A stretch of DNA of 64,000 nucleotides. It comes from Ignavibacteriota bacterium (GTDB taxonomy: Bacteria; Bacteroidota; Ignavibacteria; UBA10030; CAVZMI01). A program made the translations under genes and the position numbers. Location: the NCBI GenBank assembly GCA_963776275.1, contig CAVZMI010000020.1, positions 32,001 to 96,000 on the forward strand, in the 5' to 3' direction. This document shows positions 54,825 through 64,000 of the stretch, one piece after another. The notes beneath the pieces were generated by a model, which saw nothing but the letters and a program-made list of their open reading frames with translations, made no database searches and had not been told where the DNA came from. Numbering within the stretch: position 1 is the first letter of the stretch; each line of letters begins with the position of its first letter.

Positions 54825-55008
54825 CCTTCGTCGCCTCCCGTGATTTAATCATAATTCCATACCGTGAGGAGGCCACGGATACTTTAATCACACTATGATT
54901 ATTATACCGTTTAAGGCATAATAAACATATTAAGATGTTATGCTAGTTATACGTCATTGCTTTGCATTTTCACAGAGGAATAATCCTTAAATATTTCCGA
55001 GGTGCTCG

Positions 55009-55545
55009 TTGCCCGTTACGATCTTACCTATTGAAGACCTAGAAAAACGTCACAAAGGTTTGACAAGAGCCATTGCCGATTGCTTTCTTGAGGCTGCCGC
55101 TGTTTGCCTTGACAGATATTACGGCTCGCCCCAAATATTCTCGATATTCAATGGTTCAAAACGGATCGATGCAATGGCAAAGTGGAATCCATCTAATGCA
55201 AAAACCAAGGCCGCTTGGGCTAATGAGATTGACGCCACTGAATGGGGTGCCTACGGATTTGCGATTGCCGCAGTGGAATTGTCCGAAGATTTGTATGCGA
55301 TTCATCGTGCTGAAACGAAGACCGGAGCTGACTACTACGTCGCTCCAAAAGGACATTCCTACGATGATCTTGAAAAGGCTCTCAGGCTTGAGGTATCAGG
55401 CACGGCTAGCGACAATTCATCCGTGCTTGATTCTAGACTAAACATGAAGACTGAACAGGCTTCCAGTGGCCATAGTAACCTTCCCGCAATTGCGGCTGTT
55501 GTGGGCTTTCGTCTTAAATTGATTAAATTACGGATGGTCCAATAA
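55009..55545 (+). CDS. Hypothetical protein, probable PD-(D/E)xK-like nuclease fold
   Basis: ATEWGA...TGADYY...RLEVSG (E...D...ExS pattern); RBS GAGGTG. Confidence 0.6.
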   Translation: MPVTILPIEDLEKRHKGLTRAIADCFLEAAAVCLDRYYGSPQIFSIFNGSKRIDAMAKWNPSNAKTKAAWANEIDATEWGAYGFAIAAVELSEDLYAIHRAETKTGADYYVAPKGHSYDDLEKALRLEVSGTASDNSSVLDSRLNMKTEQASSGHSNLPAIAAVVGFRLKLIKLRMVQ

Positions 55546-55546
55546 G

Positions 55547-56659
55547 ATGAACTGGAAAGAATGCCATACCATCAGTGAGAGTTACTCAGCCGATGCTGAG
55601 GTTGCGTTACGGGAAGGTAACTCCAGTAAAGCAATTGAACTCTACTACAAGGCAGCCGAAAGTGAACTGAAGGCGCTCCAGTCTCTAGGTCCGGACAAGG
55701 GCCGCACTCTCGGCATCACTTTAATTAGCGCCGTTTCACTATTCTATAAGGCAAGGCAGTATGACCGAGCCGAATCGCTCGCTTGTCAGTACTTGTCAAC
55801 CCCTCATCTACCACCCTTTGCCACAACCGAAATCCGTACGCTGCTTCAGACGATTTGGAGTGATCAAGTGAGAGCTGAATCTTCTGTAAGTTTTACCTCC
55901 GGCCAAGTATTCGTTTCAGTCAAGGGTGGAGAAGTTGTTCCAGGTGGAGCGCCCCTCGATCTTATTGTCCAAAAAGTGGAGAGCATTCAATCACTTTATT
56001 ATCGCACCACAGAGTTTCTTAATGGGCTTCCACATCGCAAGCGTGGTGGTGCGAGCCTCGAGATTCAACAGACCTGCAGACCTTGGCTCTTCCAAGCACC
56101 TCGTGGAAGCTACCAATTTGCAGTCGCAGTTCAAGAGCCCCCACAGCAAGAAATTTTTCCAAAGTCAAAGATATCGGTGCAGGAGATATCTTCAACCTTC
56201 TTCTCTATTTTGAGAGCCTCTGTCGATGATCCCGACGTTGCCCTTCCAAATTTAGTACCAGATCCCCAGTACAGAGGAACCTTTATGAAGCTGGCCCGGA
56301 ATCTTGCACCAAGCGGCAAGGTTTTCGAAGAACTTGAGATACGCTCCATTGATCAAGCCAAACCGATAACGATTCTCCCAACAACTCGAAAATCCATTGG
56401 CGATGCTCTTCGTCGACAATTTCCTCGACCTAAGCAGATTGAGGAAAAAGAGGAAACAATCTCCGGTATTCTTCGAGCGCTCGATCTTGACCACGACTGG
56501 CTAGAGGTGACAGTTGAGAATGTACATATTCGTATCTTCGAGGCTGGTGAAACGGTAGATGATCTTATCGGGCCGATGGTGAATCGCCTTGTCATCATAC
56601 AGGCTTTACGAAAAACTAATGGGCAACTCGCTCTCGTTGACATACAAGCTGGGGAATGA
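55547..56659 (+). CDS. Hypothetical protein, TPR-like N-terminus plus uncharacterised C-terminal domains
   Basis: Starts 1 nt after the upstream stop; AIELYYKAAESELKA...SAVSLFYKARQYDRAE helical repeats. Confidence 0.7.
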   Translation: MNWKECHTISESYSADAEVALREGNSSKAIELYYKAAESELKALQSLGPDKGRTLGITLISAVSLFYKARQYDRAESLACQYLSTPHLPPFATTEIRTLLQTIWSDQVRAESSVSFTSGQVFVSVKGGEVVPGGAPLDLIVQKVESIQSLYYRTTEFLNGLPHRKRGGASLEIQQTCRPWLFQAPRGSYQFAVAVQEPPQQEIFPKSKISVQEISSTFFSILRASVDDPDVALPNLVPDPQYRGTFMKLARNLAPSGKVFEELEIRSIDQAKPITILPTTRKSIGDALRRQFPRPKQIEEKEETISGILRALDLDHDWLEVTVENVHIRIFEAGETVDDLIGPMVNRLVIIQALRKTNGQLALVDIQAGE

Positions 56660-56682
56660 CAAAGCGCTGCAAAACAACTAAC

Positions 56683-56813
56683 GCATAACAAGCAAAACAC
56701 CGACGCTCCATTTTTTGATATGGATTATTAAGGTCGTTCAATACTTTTGCTTACAAGAAATGGAAATAATAGGTCCGTAAAAGTGTTTCGCTGTTTTGCT
56801 AGACGTGATTTGC
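56683..56813 (+). mobile_element. Degenerate integron attC-like site
   Basis: R'' GCATAAC; inverted arms AAGCAAAACACCGA / TCGCTGTTTTGCTA (12/14); R' decayed to GTGATTT. Confidence 0.55.
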
Positions 56814-56850
56814 TACCTGTTTTATATCCTTACGAATAAAATAGACTAAT

Positions 56851-58020
56851 ATGAATACTCTCGAACAATATAAAAAAATCCTACAAGATTTAAATAGTAT
56901 CCAATTAAGAAATAAAAGTTTCATCGACCAACTTTATTCATCCTCACAAATACGGGCTGCACTCGGATTTGAAAGTTACATCGATAATTTTCTCAAAGAT
57001 CGCGATAAAATGCAAGAAATCTATAGTACATTACCTGCAATTCAAAACTTTCTGAATTCAGCTGCATTCGAGAAAGCGAGACAAGCCACAATCGACATTT
57101 CAAAGTTCACTGACACCATATACATTCAAGAGATGACAAAGCAATTCTCTAATCTATCCGATTTGTGGAATAACCAAATAAAAGTACTTGGTTTTAATAC
57201 AGACTCGATGAAAGAGGCGCAGCTCGGATTGCAATCACATTTTACAAGATTATCTGAAATGTCGATACTTGCAGAACAGACGCTTGCAAATATAGATTGG
57301 AAAATGCTCGGGATAAACCTTGGATTTACTAAAGACGTCCGTGAATTGCTATGCAGTAATGTAACGGAATTCTCTGGCACTTATAGCGCGCTCGTCAAAT
57401 CCTTTCATCAACCAAATTTCAATATTCTTTCATTTCCGCCTGTTGTAACTTCAATACCGCCAATCGAATTTTATAATGACACTAGTCTTTTTGAATCACT
57501 CTCAGTTGAAGATACCGAATCATTTGAAGAAAAGGATACATTAAATTCAGAAATAGTCGAGGATACCGAAAAAAGTGTAGAATGGCTTCTCTCGAAACTT
57601 GATCCAAAACTATTAACAATATGGGTTGGTGCAAAACAAGCCCTTCGATCTAACAATGCCGATCGTATCCGACATTTTGCAGCATCTCTCCGTGAATTAC
57701 ATACTCATATAATGCACAAGTTAGCACCAGATGATGATATTAGAAATTGGTCAGATTTACCTGAGCATTACGACGAGAAAGGCAACCCAAAACGAAGAGC
57801 TCGATTGCTTTACATATGCCGTGAGATCAACCACGAACCGTTCACTCTATTCGTTAAGAAAGATATAGATGCTATTTTATCTTTAATAGAACTTCTTCAA
57901 ATAGGAACACATGATATCGAGGCAAGATTCAGCGACACGCAATTATCTTTAATAAAAATTAGAGCAGAAGGATCATTGAGATTCCTGCTTGAAATAGCGA
58001 TAAAAACCGGCGGTGCATAA
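56851..58020 (+). CDS. Protein with C-terminal domain resembling the predicted pPIWI-associating nuclease (pP_pnuc_1, HEPN-like)
   Basis: GAKQALRSNNADRIRHFAASLRELHTHIMHKLAPD...PKRRARLLYIC; AT-rich; stop codon lies within GCATAAC. Confidence 0.65.
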   Translation: MNTLEQYKKILQDLNSIQLRNKSFIDQLYSSSQIRAALGFESYIDNFLKDRDKMQEIYSTLPAIQNFLNSAAFEKARQATIDISKFTDTIYIQEMTKQFSNLSDLWNNQIKVLGFNTDSMKEAQLGLQSHFTRLSEMSILAEQTLANIDWKMLGINLGFTKDVRELLCSNVTEFSGTYSALVKSFHQPNFNILSFPPVVTSIPPIEFYNDTSLFESLSVEDTESFEEKDTLNSEIVEDTEKSVEWLLSKLDPKLLTIWVGAKQALRSNNADRIRHFAASLRELHTHIMHKLAPDDDIRNWSDLPEHYDEKGNPKRRARLLYICREINHEPFTLFVKKDIDAILSLIELLQIGTHDIEARFSDTQLSLIKIRAEGSLRFLLEIAIKTGGA

Positions 58021-58139
58021 CAGCGATAGCAACAACGCTCTCCCGACTCCCGCTAAAGAAGTGGCGAACATGTTGGCTCTTGACTTTGTACATAGCAGCT
58101 GCTTTTGCCCTTCACAGCATTAAGCAAGCAGGAAAATGG

Positions 58140-59420
58140 ATGAAAAGCATATTCCGGATTTTGGTGTTGACGATTTCTGCATTGACAAGTATAAATGCAT
58201 TGTATGCTCAATGGGTTCTACAAAACAGCGGCACGAACACTATACTCACCGATGTAGTGATGCTCGATACGGCAACGGCGATTGCCGTCGGACAAGACCG
58301 CTCGATTCTCAGAACGTCTGACGCCGGCACGACGTGGATCAATGTAGCTGAATCGCTCTCGTTCGTCGAGCCATGTAACGGTGTCTCCTTTTTTGACACG
58401 GCAAACGGGATTGTCGTGGGAGATCATGGTGTTGTTTTAACAACGTCGAACGGAGGTAAAGGCTGGATCTGGCACCAAGTTCCGGGAGGACAAAAATGTT
58501 TGTCTGCTCTTTATGTCGGACCCAATAGTGTTTACGTCGGCGTCGACTCCGGCTGGATTTACCATTCACTTGACAGCGGAACGACCTGGTCCTCTGAAAA
58601 AATCGGCACCGAGCCCATTCGCTCTCTCTTCGCATGGCGCGGCGAGTACACATTGGGGTTGCCCATCTATGCTCTTACGCCCCATTCACTTTACTCTAAA
58701 ATGGAATTTTCCCCCACTACATGGGAAGAAACAGACCTTTTCTTTCATGGACTCGGGTCGGCAGCATTCAGCGGAGAGTACTGTAATGGCGGGGGAGCAG
58801 GATTCATTGTAGGAGTTCAGGGCGACTTACGCTCCGCACCAACGATCTTACGAAAGTCGATCTCCGACACTGCGTGGAGCGTAGTTTCGATAGACATTCC
58901 ATTTGATTGTACCTTACTCGGCGTCTCAGCTCCTTCAGCCGATGTAATTTACGTCTGCGGCACCGATGGCGTGATTTTAAAATCGACGAATGGAGGAGAT
59001 ACATGGAGCGCCGCTGCAGTGCCGACGACACGAAACCTATACGCTATATATTTCTTTGATGAGCAGCGGGGCTTCGCTGTGGGCGAATATGGAGTGATCC
59101 TTTATACATCAAACGGCGGAATGACTGGTATTCGCGATCAAGAGAGTCATCTCCCGGTGGAATTTGTACTCGAACAGAACTATCCGAATCCATTCAATCC
59201 GACAACGGTAATTAATTATCAATTACCGGCAAATGTTTTTGTGACGTTGAAGGTTTACGATGTACTCGGGAGAGATATAAAAACGTTGGCCAGTGAGCGT
59301 CAGAATGCGGGAACTCATTCCGTGACTTTCAACGCGCGCAATCTACCGAGCGGTATATATTTCTACAGGCTTCAGGCAGGAACTTACAGCGAAACGAAAA
59401 AACTCGTGGTACTCAAGTGA
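58140..59420 (+). CDS. YCF48/BNR-repeat beta-propeller protein with T9SS sorting domain
   Basis: Repeated (T/S)xDxGxTW Asp-boxes; LEQNYPNPFNPTT...SGIYFYRL...KKLVVLK. Confidence 0.9.
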   Translation: MKSIFRILVLTISALTSINALYAQWVLQNSGTNTILTDVVMLDTATAIAVGQDRSILRTSDAGTTWINVAESLSFVEPCNGVSFFDTANGIVVGDHGVVLTTSNGGKGWIWHQVPGGQKCLSALYVGPNSVYVGVDSGWIYHSLDSGTTWSSEKIGTEPIRSLFAWRGEYTLGLPIYALTPHSLYSKMEFSPTTWEETDLFFHGLGSAAFSGEYCNGGGAGFIVGVQGDLRSAPTILRKSISDTAWSVVSIDIPFDCTLLGVSAPSADVIYVCGTDGVILKSTNGGDTWSAAAVPTTRNLYAIYFFDEQRGFAVGEYGVILYTSNGGMTGIRDQESHLPVEFVLEQNYPNPFNPTTVINYQLPANVFVTLKVYDVLGRDIKTLASERQNAGTHSVTFNARNLPSGIYFYRLQAGTYSETKKLVVLK

Positions 59421-59570
59421 GCGGGTCTGCCCGCCGTACTAAAGTACTGCTCCGCTGACGTCCTCCAGACTTAGGCGGGCCTGCCCGCCGTACTAAAGTA
59501 CTGCTCCGCTGAACGTCCTCCAGACTTAGGCAGGCCTACGTGCTGGAGGTACTCCGGCAGGCAGGCGGGC
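59421..59570. repeat. Tandem REP-like repeat (54 + 55 nt plus a partial third unit)
   Basis: Two near-identical units GCGGG(T/C)CTGCCCGCCGTACTAAAGTACTGCTCCGCTG(A)ACGTCCTCCAGACTTAG, then GGCAGGCAGG. Confidence 0.85.
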
Positions 59571-59667
59571 AACTGCAAATAACACGCGTAAAATTGTTGG
59601 CGAAATGTAAACCGGAAGAACATTTTAGCGCTCATCCTATTCCGCCAATCAACAGGTATAGAAAATC

Positions 59668-60171
59668 ATGAAGAGACTGATACTTTTACTCATTTTATCT
59701 GTCGCGGCGATTTCCTGCAACGACCAGGGAACTTCGCCGGCAGAACGATCATTCAATATACTGTTCCGATACGGGGTCATGGCTCGAAACGAGCTTAATA
59801 CCTTTGATGACAAATTTACCAAGGATTTAATTATCGATGGTACGATTACCGTCCAGTTTGTCCTGACCGATAATGAGCTTATACAGATAGAAGCTAAACT
59901 TACCGGGATAGACTTCTTCAATTATCCGGATACATTCACGGTGCAAATTACCGACAGTATTGCCGATTACATAGATCCACACGGCACCTATATTTTCGAG
60001 GTCAAACACGAGGGTAATATCAAAAAGCTTTTTTGGGCAGATGCGATTATGACGCCTTCTGCCGATCCGAAGGCAACGAGGTTACGCGAAGCAATCGCCT
60101 TCATCAGATCAATTATTGAATCGAGACCCGAGTACAAACGTCTCCCACCGGTAAGGGGTGGATATCTGTGA
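59668..60171 (+). CDS. Hypothetical lipoprotein
   Basis: MKRLILLLILSVAAISC lipobox. Confidence 0.75.
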   Translation: MKRLILLLILSVAAISCNDQGTSPAERSFNILFRYGVMARNELNTFDDKFTKDLIIDGTITVQFVLTDNELIQIEAKLTGIDFFNYPDTFTVQITDSIADYIDPHGTYIFEVKHEGNIKKLFWADAIMTPSADPKATRLREAIAFIRSIIESRPEYKRLPPVRGGYL

Positions 60172-60191
60172 GCCATTCTATTATTTTACCG

Positions 60192-61217
60192 CTACCGCCT
60201 CACCCGTCTCGATAATCCTTCTTCCCAACTACTCCATCCGGAATTCATGCCGTACGGCGATTTCCATACGATCGCTTCGATCTGGCGGATCAGACCTTTC
60301 TCAATCTTAAACAACTCGGCAATTTCCCAGGTCCATGGACGGATGACTCCGATGGGAATAGTCGTTCCATTCGTTAACTGCACGTTGTGTACATTCCCCG
60401 CGTGATCGAAAAAGACAAAGGCAAATACTAGGCCCCGCTCCTCGTCCACAACCATGAAGCGGCGGTCACGAATCCTCGTCACGAACCTGAAGAAGCCCGA
60501 TTCAAATTGTTCTTTGCATCCCAGCGCACCGACATCGAACGGTCCGGGATTCAACGACGGATTATTGGTTGTCTGATTGCCGTTTTCGATCCTGTTACAA
60601 TTTGCAGTAAAAGGATAAATTCCCTTGCCGTCGTCTTTTTCCAATCCTGTGAAATACATGTTCGCGGTTTTAATCAGCTCCTCACGCGAGGGGCGCTCAG
60701 CGACAGGAATCGTTTCCAGAAAAACAGGATGCGGCTTTACCAGCTTCTCTATTCTTAATGCGCCTGCCGTGTCGCGAGCTACGATTGTCTCTATTTCGGT
60801 GATAACATTATTTTCTATTTTAAGGCGAAGAGCCAGAATAGCCGGTACATTGTTCTCACGGATTGTACCGATGAAACCAACTTGTCCGCCGAAGCTCGCT
60901 GGAAGCGAGTGTAGGCCGACCTGTCCGGCTTGCGGATCTGCAATATAAAGGCTGTAATATCCTCGGGCGCTTGCAGTATTCCAGAGTCCGTCCCCTACCT
61001 CCAGCCTCTGTCCATTCTCCGTGAATTTAATTTTCTCCGACAGCGGCACACGCGCCGGATCGTGTGCTATTACGGCTTCAAGGTATTTATCCACAAATCC
61101 TTCCAGGCACAAACGATCACAATTCTCAGTTACGGTTATATATGTATCGATCTGACAGATGACGACATTGGAAAACAAAGCTGTCAGTATCGGGAGAAGT
61201 ATATATTTTATTCTCAT
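60192..61217 (-). CDS. Hypothetical secreted protein with two SnoaL/NTF2-like repeats
   Basis: Signal peptide; CDRLCLEGFVDKYL...KFTENG and YFTGLE...CNRIENG...ELFKI...IRQIEA. Confidence 0.7.
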   Translation of the reverse strand: MRIKYILLPILTALFSNVVICQIDTYITVTENCDRLCLEGFVDKYLEAVIAHDPARVPLSEKIKFTENGQRLEVGDGLWNTASARGYYSLYIADPQAGQVGLHSLPASFGGQVGFIGTIRENNVPAILALRLKIENNVITEIETIVARDTAGALRIEKLVKPHPVFLETIPVAERPSREELIKTANMYFTGLEKDDGKGIYPFTANCNRIENGNQTTNNPSLNPGPFDVGALGCKEQFESGFFRFVTRIRDRRFMVVDEERGLVFAFVFFDHAGNVHNVQLTNGTTIPIGVIRPWTWEIAELFKIEKGLIRQIEAIVWKSPYGMNSGWSSWEEGLSRRVRR

Positions 61218-61365
61218 AGTGAAATTTCCTCTAAATGTTGTTATTCCCGAACGGTTTATCAAATATGCTAAATAATTTGTTCAAACACTGTTGAATCGGA
61301 AAAATTTTTGTAACATATTAAGGCAAACAGAAACGACAGGCCAACAAAAATATAGGGCTTAGACT

Positions 61366-62523
61366 ATGGAAGCAAATTCAAATATTGACGCCCGCATAGC
61401 AGAAATCCGAATGGGCGACATCATCATAGAGACCAAGCCGGGCGCCGACGTTATGGTTCAACAAACGCGTCACGAATTTTTATTCGGCACGGCAATTACG
61501 GATGAGCTTGCGGAAAAAGACAAGAACGCCATGTCGCCGGAAAACAGAAAGATGTTTTTGAAAATTCTTGGCGAGAATTTCAACTACGCCGTCCACGAAA
61601 ACGCCTTAAAATGGTACGACTGTGAAATAGAGCAGAATGTAGTCGATTATTATTTAGCGGACAGGATATGGGAGCTTTGCAGCGAGCTTAACATACCGAT
61701 GCGGGGCCACTGTATATTCTGGGAGAAAGACGAACACATCATGCCCTGGTTGAACAAGTTGAATAACGACGAGCTTAGAGCGGCAGTAGTGCGCCGGGCA
61801 ATCGACGTTACAAAACATTTTAAGGGGCGCATAAACGAGTTCGATCTGAATAATGAAATGATTAACGGCAACTTTTTCCGGCGCCGTCTTGGATATGGTA
61901 TTGTAAATGAAATGGCCTGGATGGCCAAAGTCGGAAATCCCGACGCTGTTCTGTTTGTAAATGACTACGGCATTCTCGTCGACGGTGGTTTTAATGCCGA
62001 AACCTATATATATCAAATTAAAAACCTTCTCGCCAGCGGTGTCCCCATCAGAGGCATCGGATGTCAGGGTCACCAGGCCACTTCCGTCAAAACCATCATG
62101 TCGGCTGAACATGTTCAGAAAACCCTCGATCAGCTTTCCAAATTCAATCTGCCGATTAAAATCACCGAATGCCTTTTTGACGCCGACGATGCGGAGTTCC
62201 AGGCTGAAGAACTGCGTAAGATATTTCCAATTTACTTTGCGCACCCCAGCGTTGAAGCCATTTTAATGTGGGGCTTTTGGGAAGGTGCTCACTGGCAGCC
62301 ACAGACAGCCTTGTGGAAAAAAGACTGGACACTTACTCCGCAGGGTCTGGCATATCGCGATCTTGTTTTTAATAAGTGGTGGACTCAAGTTTCCGGTAAG
62401 ACTGAAAAAAACGGAACATTCAAAACCCGTGCGTTTTACGGCGATTACTCAATCACATCAGATGGAAAGACAAAAAAAATTACTCTCAGTAAAAAAGATA
62501 AATCGATAAAGGTGATTTTATAA
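61366..62523 (+). CDS. GH10 endo-1,4-beta-xylanase family
   Basis: HENALKW, RGHCIFW, DLNNE (acid/base), LFVNDY, GIGCQGH, IKITE (nucleophile), WGFW. Confidence 0.9.
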   Translation: MEANSNIDARIAEIRMGDIIIETKPGADVMVQQTRHEFLFGTAITDELAEKDKNAMSPENRKMFLKILGENFNYAVHENALKWYDCEIEQNVVDYYLADRIWELCSELNIPMRGHCIFWEKDEHIMPWLNKLNNDELRAAVVRRAIDVTKHFKGRINEFDLNNEMINGNFFRRRLGYGIVNEMAWMAKVGNPDAVLFVNDYGILVDGGFNAETYIYQIKNLLASGVPIRGIGCQGHQATSVKTIMSAEHVQKTLDQLSKFNLPIKITECLFDADDAEFQAEELRKIFPIYFAHPSVEAILMWGFWEGAHWQPQTALWKKDWTLTPQGLAYRDLVFNKWWTQVSGKTEKNGTFKTRAFYGDYSITSDGKTKKITLSKKDKSIKVIL

Positions 62524-62541
62524 TAGTGCAACCAACCCAAA

Positions 62542-64000
62542 TTATTTTCCACCATAAAAATGACTTATCGTTCTTTTTAAAGCCGGATAAATTTTTTTGT
62601 ACACCGAAAAATATTTCTGGTAATTATTATAGTTTTGTTTATCTGGTTTGATAATTTTCTTAATCCCGGTCATTTCATCTGCAGCTTCCTTGAACGTCCG
62701 GTACCAACCCGCGCCCACTGCGGCTGCAATCGCCGCACCCAGACCCGATGCTTCTGTTTTTTCGGGAAGACAAATATTTTTCCCGGTTATATCAGCTAAA
62801 ATATGGCACCATAATTCACTTGCCGCACCTCCACCCATCGCGACAAAATCATACACTCTGGTACCAATGCTTTTTTCAACGGCGTTTAATGCAAATAACT
62901 GTTCGTACGCAATACCTTCCAGAATAGACCGGTACATATGTCCGCGATTATGAAAGGATGACAGACCGATAAATGCTCCCCTGGCGTTTATATCCCAATA
63001 TGGATTCATAACTCCGCACAGGTATGGCAGGTGAAATAGTCCATCGCTTCCGGCAGAAACATGCTTTGCTTCTTGTTCCAGCTGTTTATAAATATCGGGA
63101 TGTTTTAACGGATTGATGTTCAGTGTCTTTTTTATGAACCAGTCTATCGCGAAGGTACCGGCTCTTAAGCTGCATTCGTAATAATACCCCCTTTCAGAAC
63201 AACTGCACATCGTACGAAAGGCTTTACTTGTTCTGTATTGGGTTCCATAAATACCCGCCACCACAGCCGTACCCAGATTAAGATAGGCACGCTCCGAAAT
63301 AAGTGCATTTGCACCTAATCCGGCAGCCTGTCCGTCCCCGCCGCCGGCTACGATTAATGTATTCGTGCTCAGACCGGTCGACTCAGATGCATTTTTGGAA
63401 AGTCTCCCCAAGATCGTGCCTGGACGATACGCTCCCGGCAATTGATTTTCTTTTAATTCCAGGGCATTTAAAATTAACGGAGACCATATTTTATTTCTCA
63501 GGTCGAATAGTCCGAGTGGATCCGCACTTGCCCAGCTCGTCTTAAATGATTGCGTCAGTTTCCAGACAATATAGGTATGCACATCGCATATCATTCGGAT
63601 TTTTTTAAATAGACCCGGCTCATGCTTTTTCATCCATGCCAAACGATAGACAACGGGTGCATGGTCTGCGGGTTTACCGGTTATCCGGTGAATTCTACTT
63701 TTTCCGATTTTTTTTGAAAATGACTCCACCTCATCCTTGCACCTCTCATCCAGCCAGACGATGGCAGGCCTGAGACAATTTCCATCCTTGTTTAACGGAA
63801 CAAACGTTTCTCTTTGATTGGAAATGGCAAGAGCTGAAATTTTTTCTGGGCCGATTTGGCGGGTTATTCTTCTTAACGCTTTTTGAGTCGAAATCCACCA
63901 GTCGCTCGGGTCCTGTTCATAATAATTGGGCCGTGGTGAAAATAGAGGAATTGCTTCATGAGCGTGTGCAGCAATTTTTCCTTTTTTATCGAATGCAATC
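62542..64000 (-). CDS. FGGY carbohydrate kinase (xylulokinase-like), 5'-partial
   Basis: Frame open from the window edge (EQDPSDWW, ISNQRETF, AIVWLDER); GGGDGQAA, LGT, ILEGIA, GGGA. Confidence 0.88.
   Translation of the reverse strand, partial: IAFDKKGKIAAHAHEAIPLFSPRPNYYEQDPSDWWISTQKALRRITRQIGPEKISALAISNQRETFVPLNKDGNCLRPAIVWLDERCKDEVESFSKKIGKSRIHRITGKPADHAPVVYRLAWMKKHEPGLFKKIRMICDVHTYIVWKLTQSFKTSWASADPLGLFDLRNKIWSPLILNALELKENQLPGAYRPGTILGRLSKNASESTGLSTNTLIVAGGGDGQAAGLGANALISERAYLNLGTAVVAGIYGTQYRTSKAFRTMCSCSERGYYYECSLRAGTFAIDWFIKKTLNINPLKHPDIYKQLEQEAKHVSAGSDGLFHLPYLCGVMNPYWDINARGAFIGLSSFHNRGHMYRSILEGIAYEQLFALNAVEKSIGTRVYDFVAMGGGAASELWCHILADITGKNICLPEKTEASGLGAAIAAAVGAGWYRTFKEAADEMTGIKKIIKPDKQNYNNYQKYFSVYKKIYPALKRTISHFYGGK

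Noticed and set aside
59421-59570. CRISPR array
   Set aside because: Units are contiguous 54-55-nt tandem copies with no unique spacers, and there are no cas genes

Overview
Chromosomal window from a bacterium of the FCB group, most likely Ignavibacteria-like (inferred from porX-tsaE-tsaB synteny, T9SS C-terminal domains with the YPNPFNP motif, futalosine-pathway mqn genes and a DUF3276 protein). Bases 1-36700 are mostly housekeeping: mqnA/C/D, tsaC/B/E, argS, rsfS, panCD, accD, porX, glgP, two csp genes, PGM, eno, murA. Bases 36700-64000 are accessory: secreted proteins, a MacAB-like transporter, CE2/GH10/FGGY xylan-related genes, a PLD, an MCP and a degenerate integron-cassette-like block. 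No tRNA, rRNA, CRISPR array, integrase or transposase was seen. Best leads: (1) an ECF sigma / XRE-HTH / IrrE-peptidase operon sharing a 19-bp upstream motif with a neighbouring PUR-family ssDNA-binding gene; (2) an array of three rod-like hairpin elements plus terminator directly after a PLD-superfamily gene; (3) a chemoreceptor carrying a circularly permuted sugar-binding domain on the cytoplasmic side; (4) attC-flanked nuclease-like cassettes; (5) a probable MqnE-MqnA fusion; (6) an in-frame REP-like insertion in a protein. Six of eight gene breaks sit at GGWCC sites, which suggests methylation-induced long-read errors rather than real pseudogenes. All family assignments come from motif recognition by eye, not database searches.
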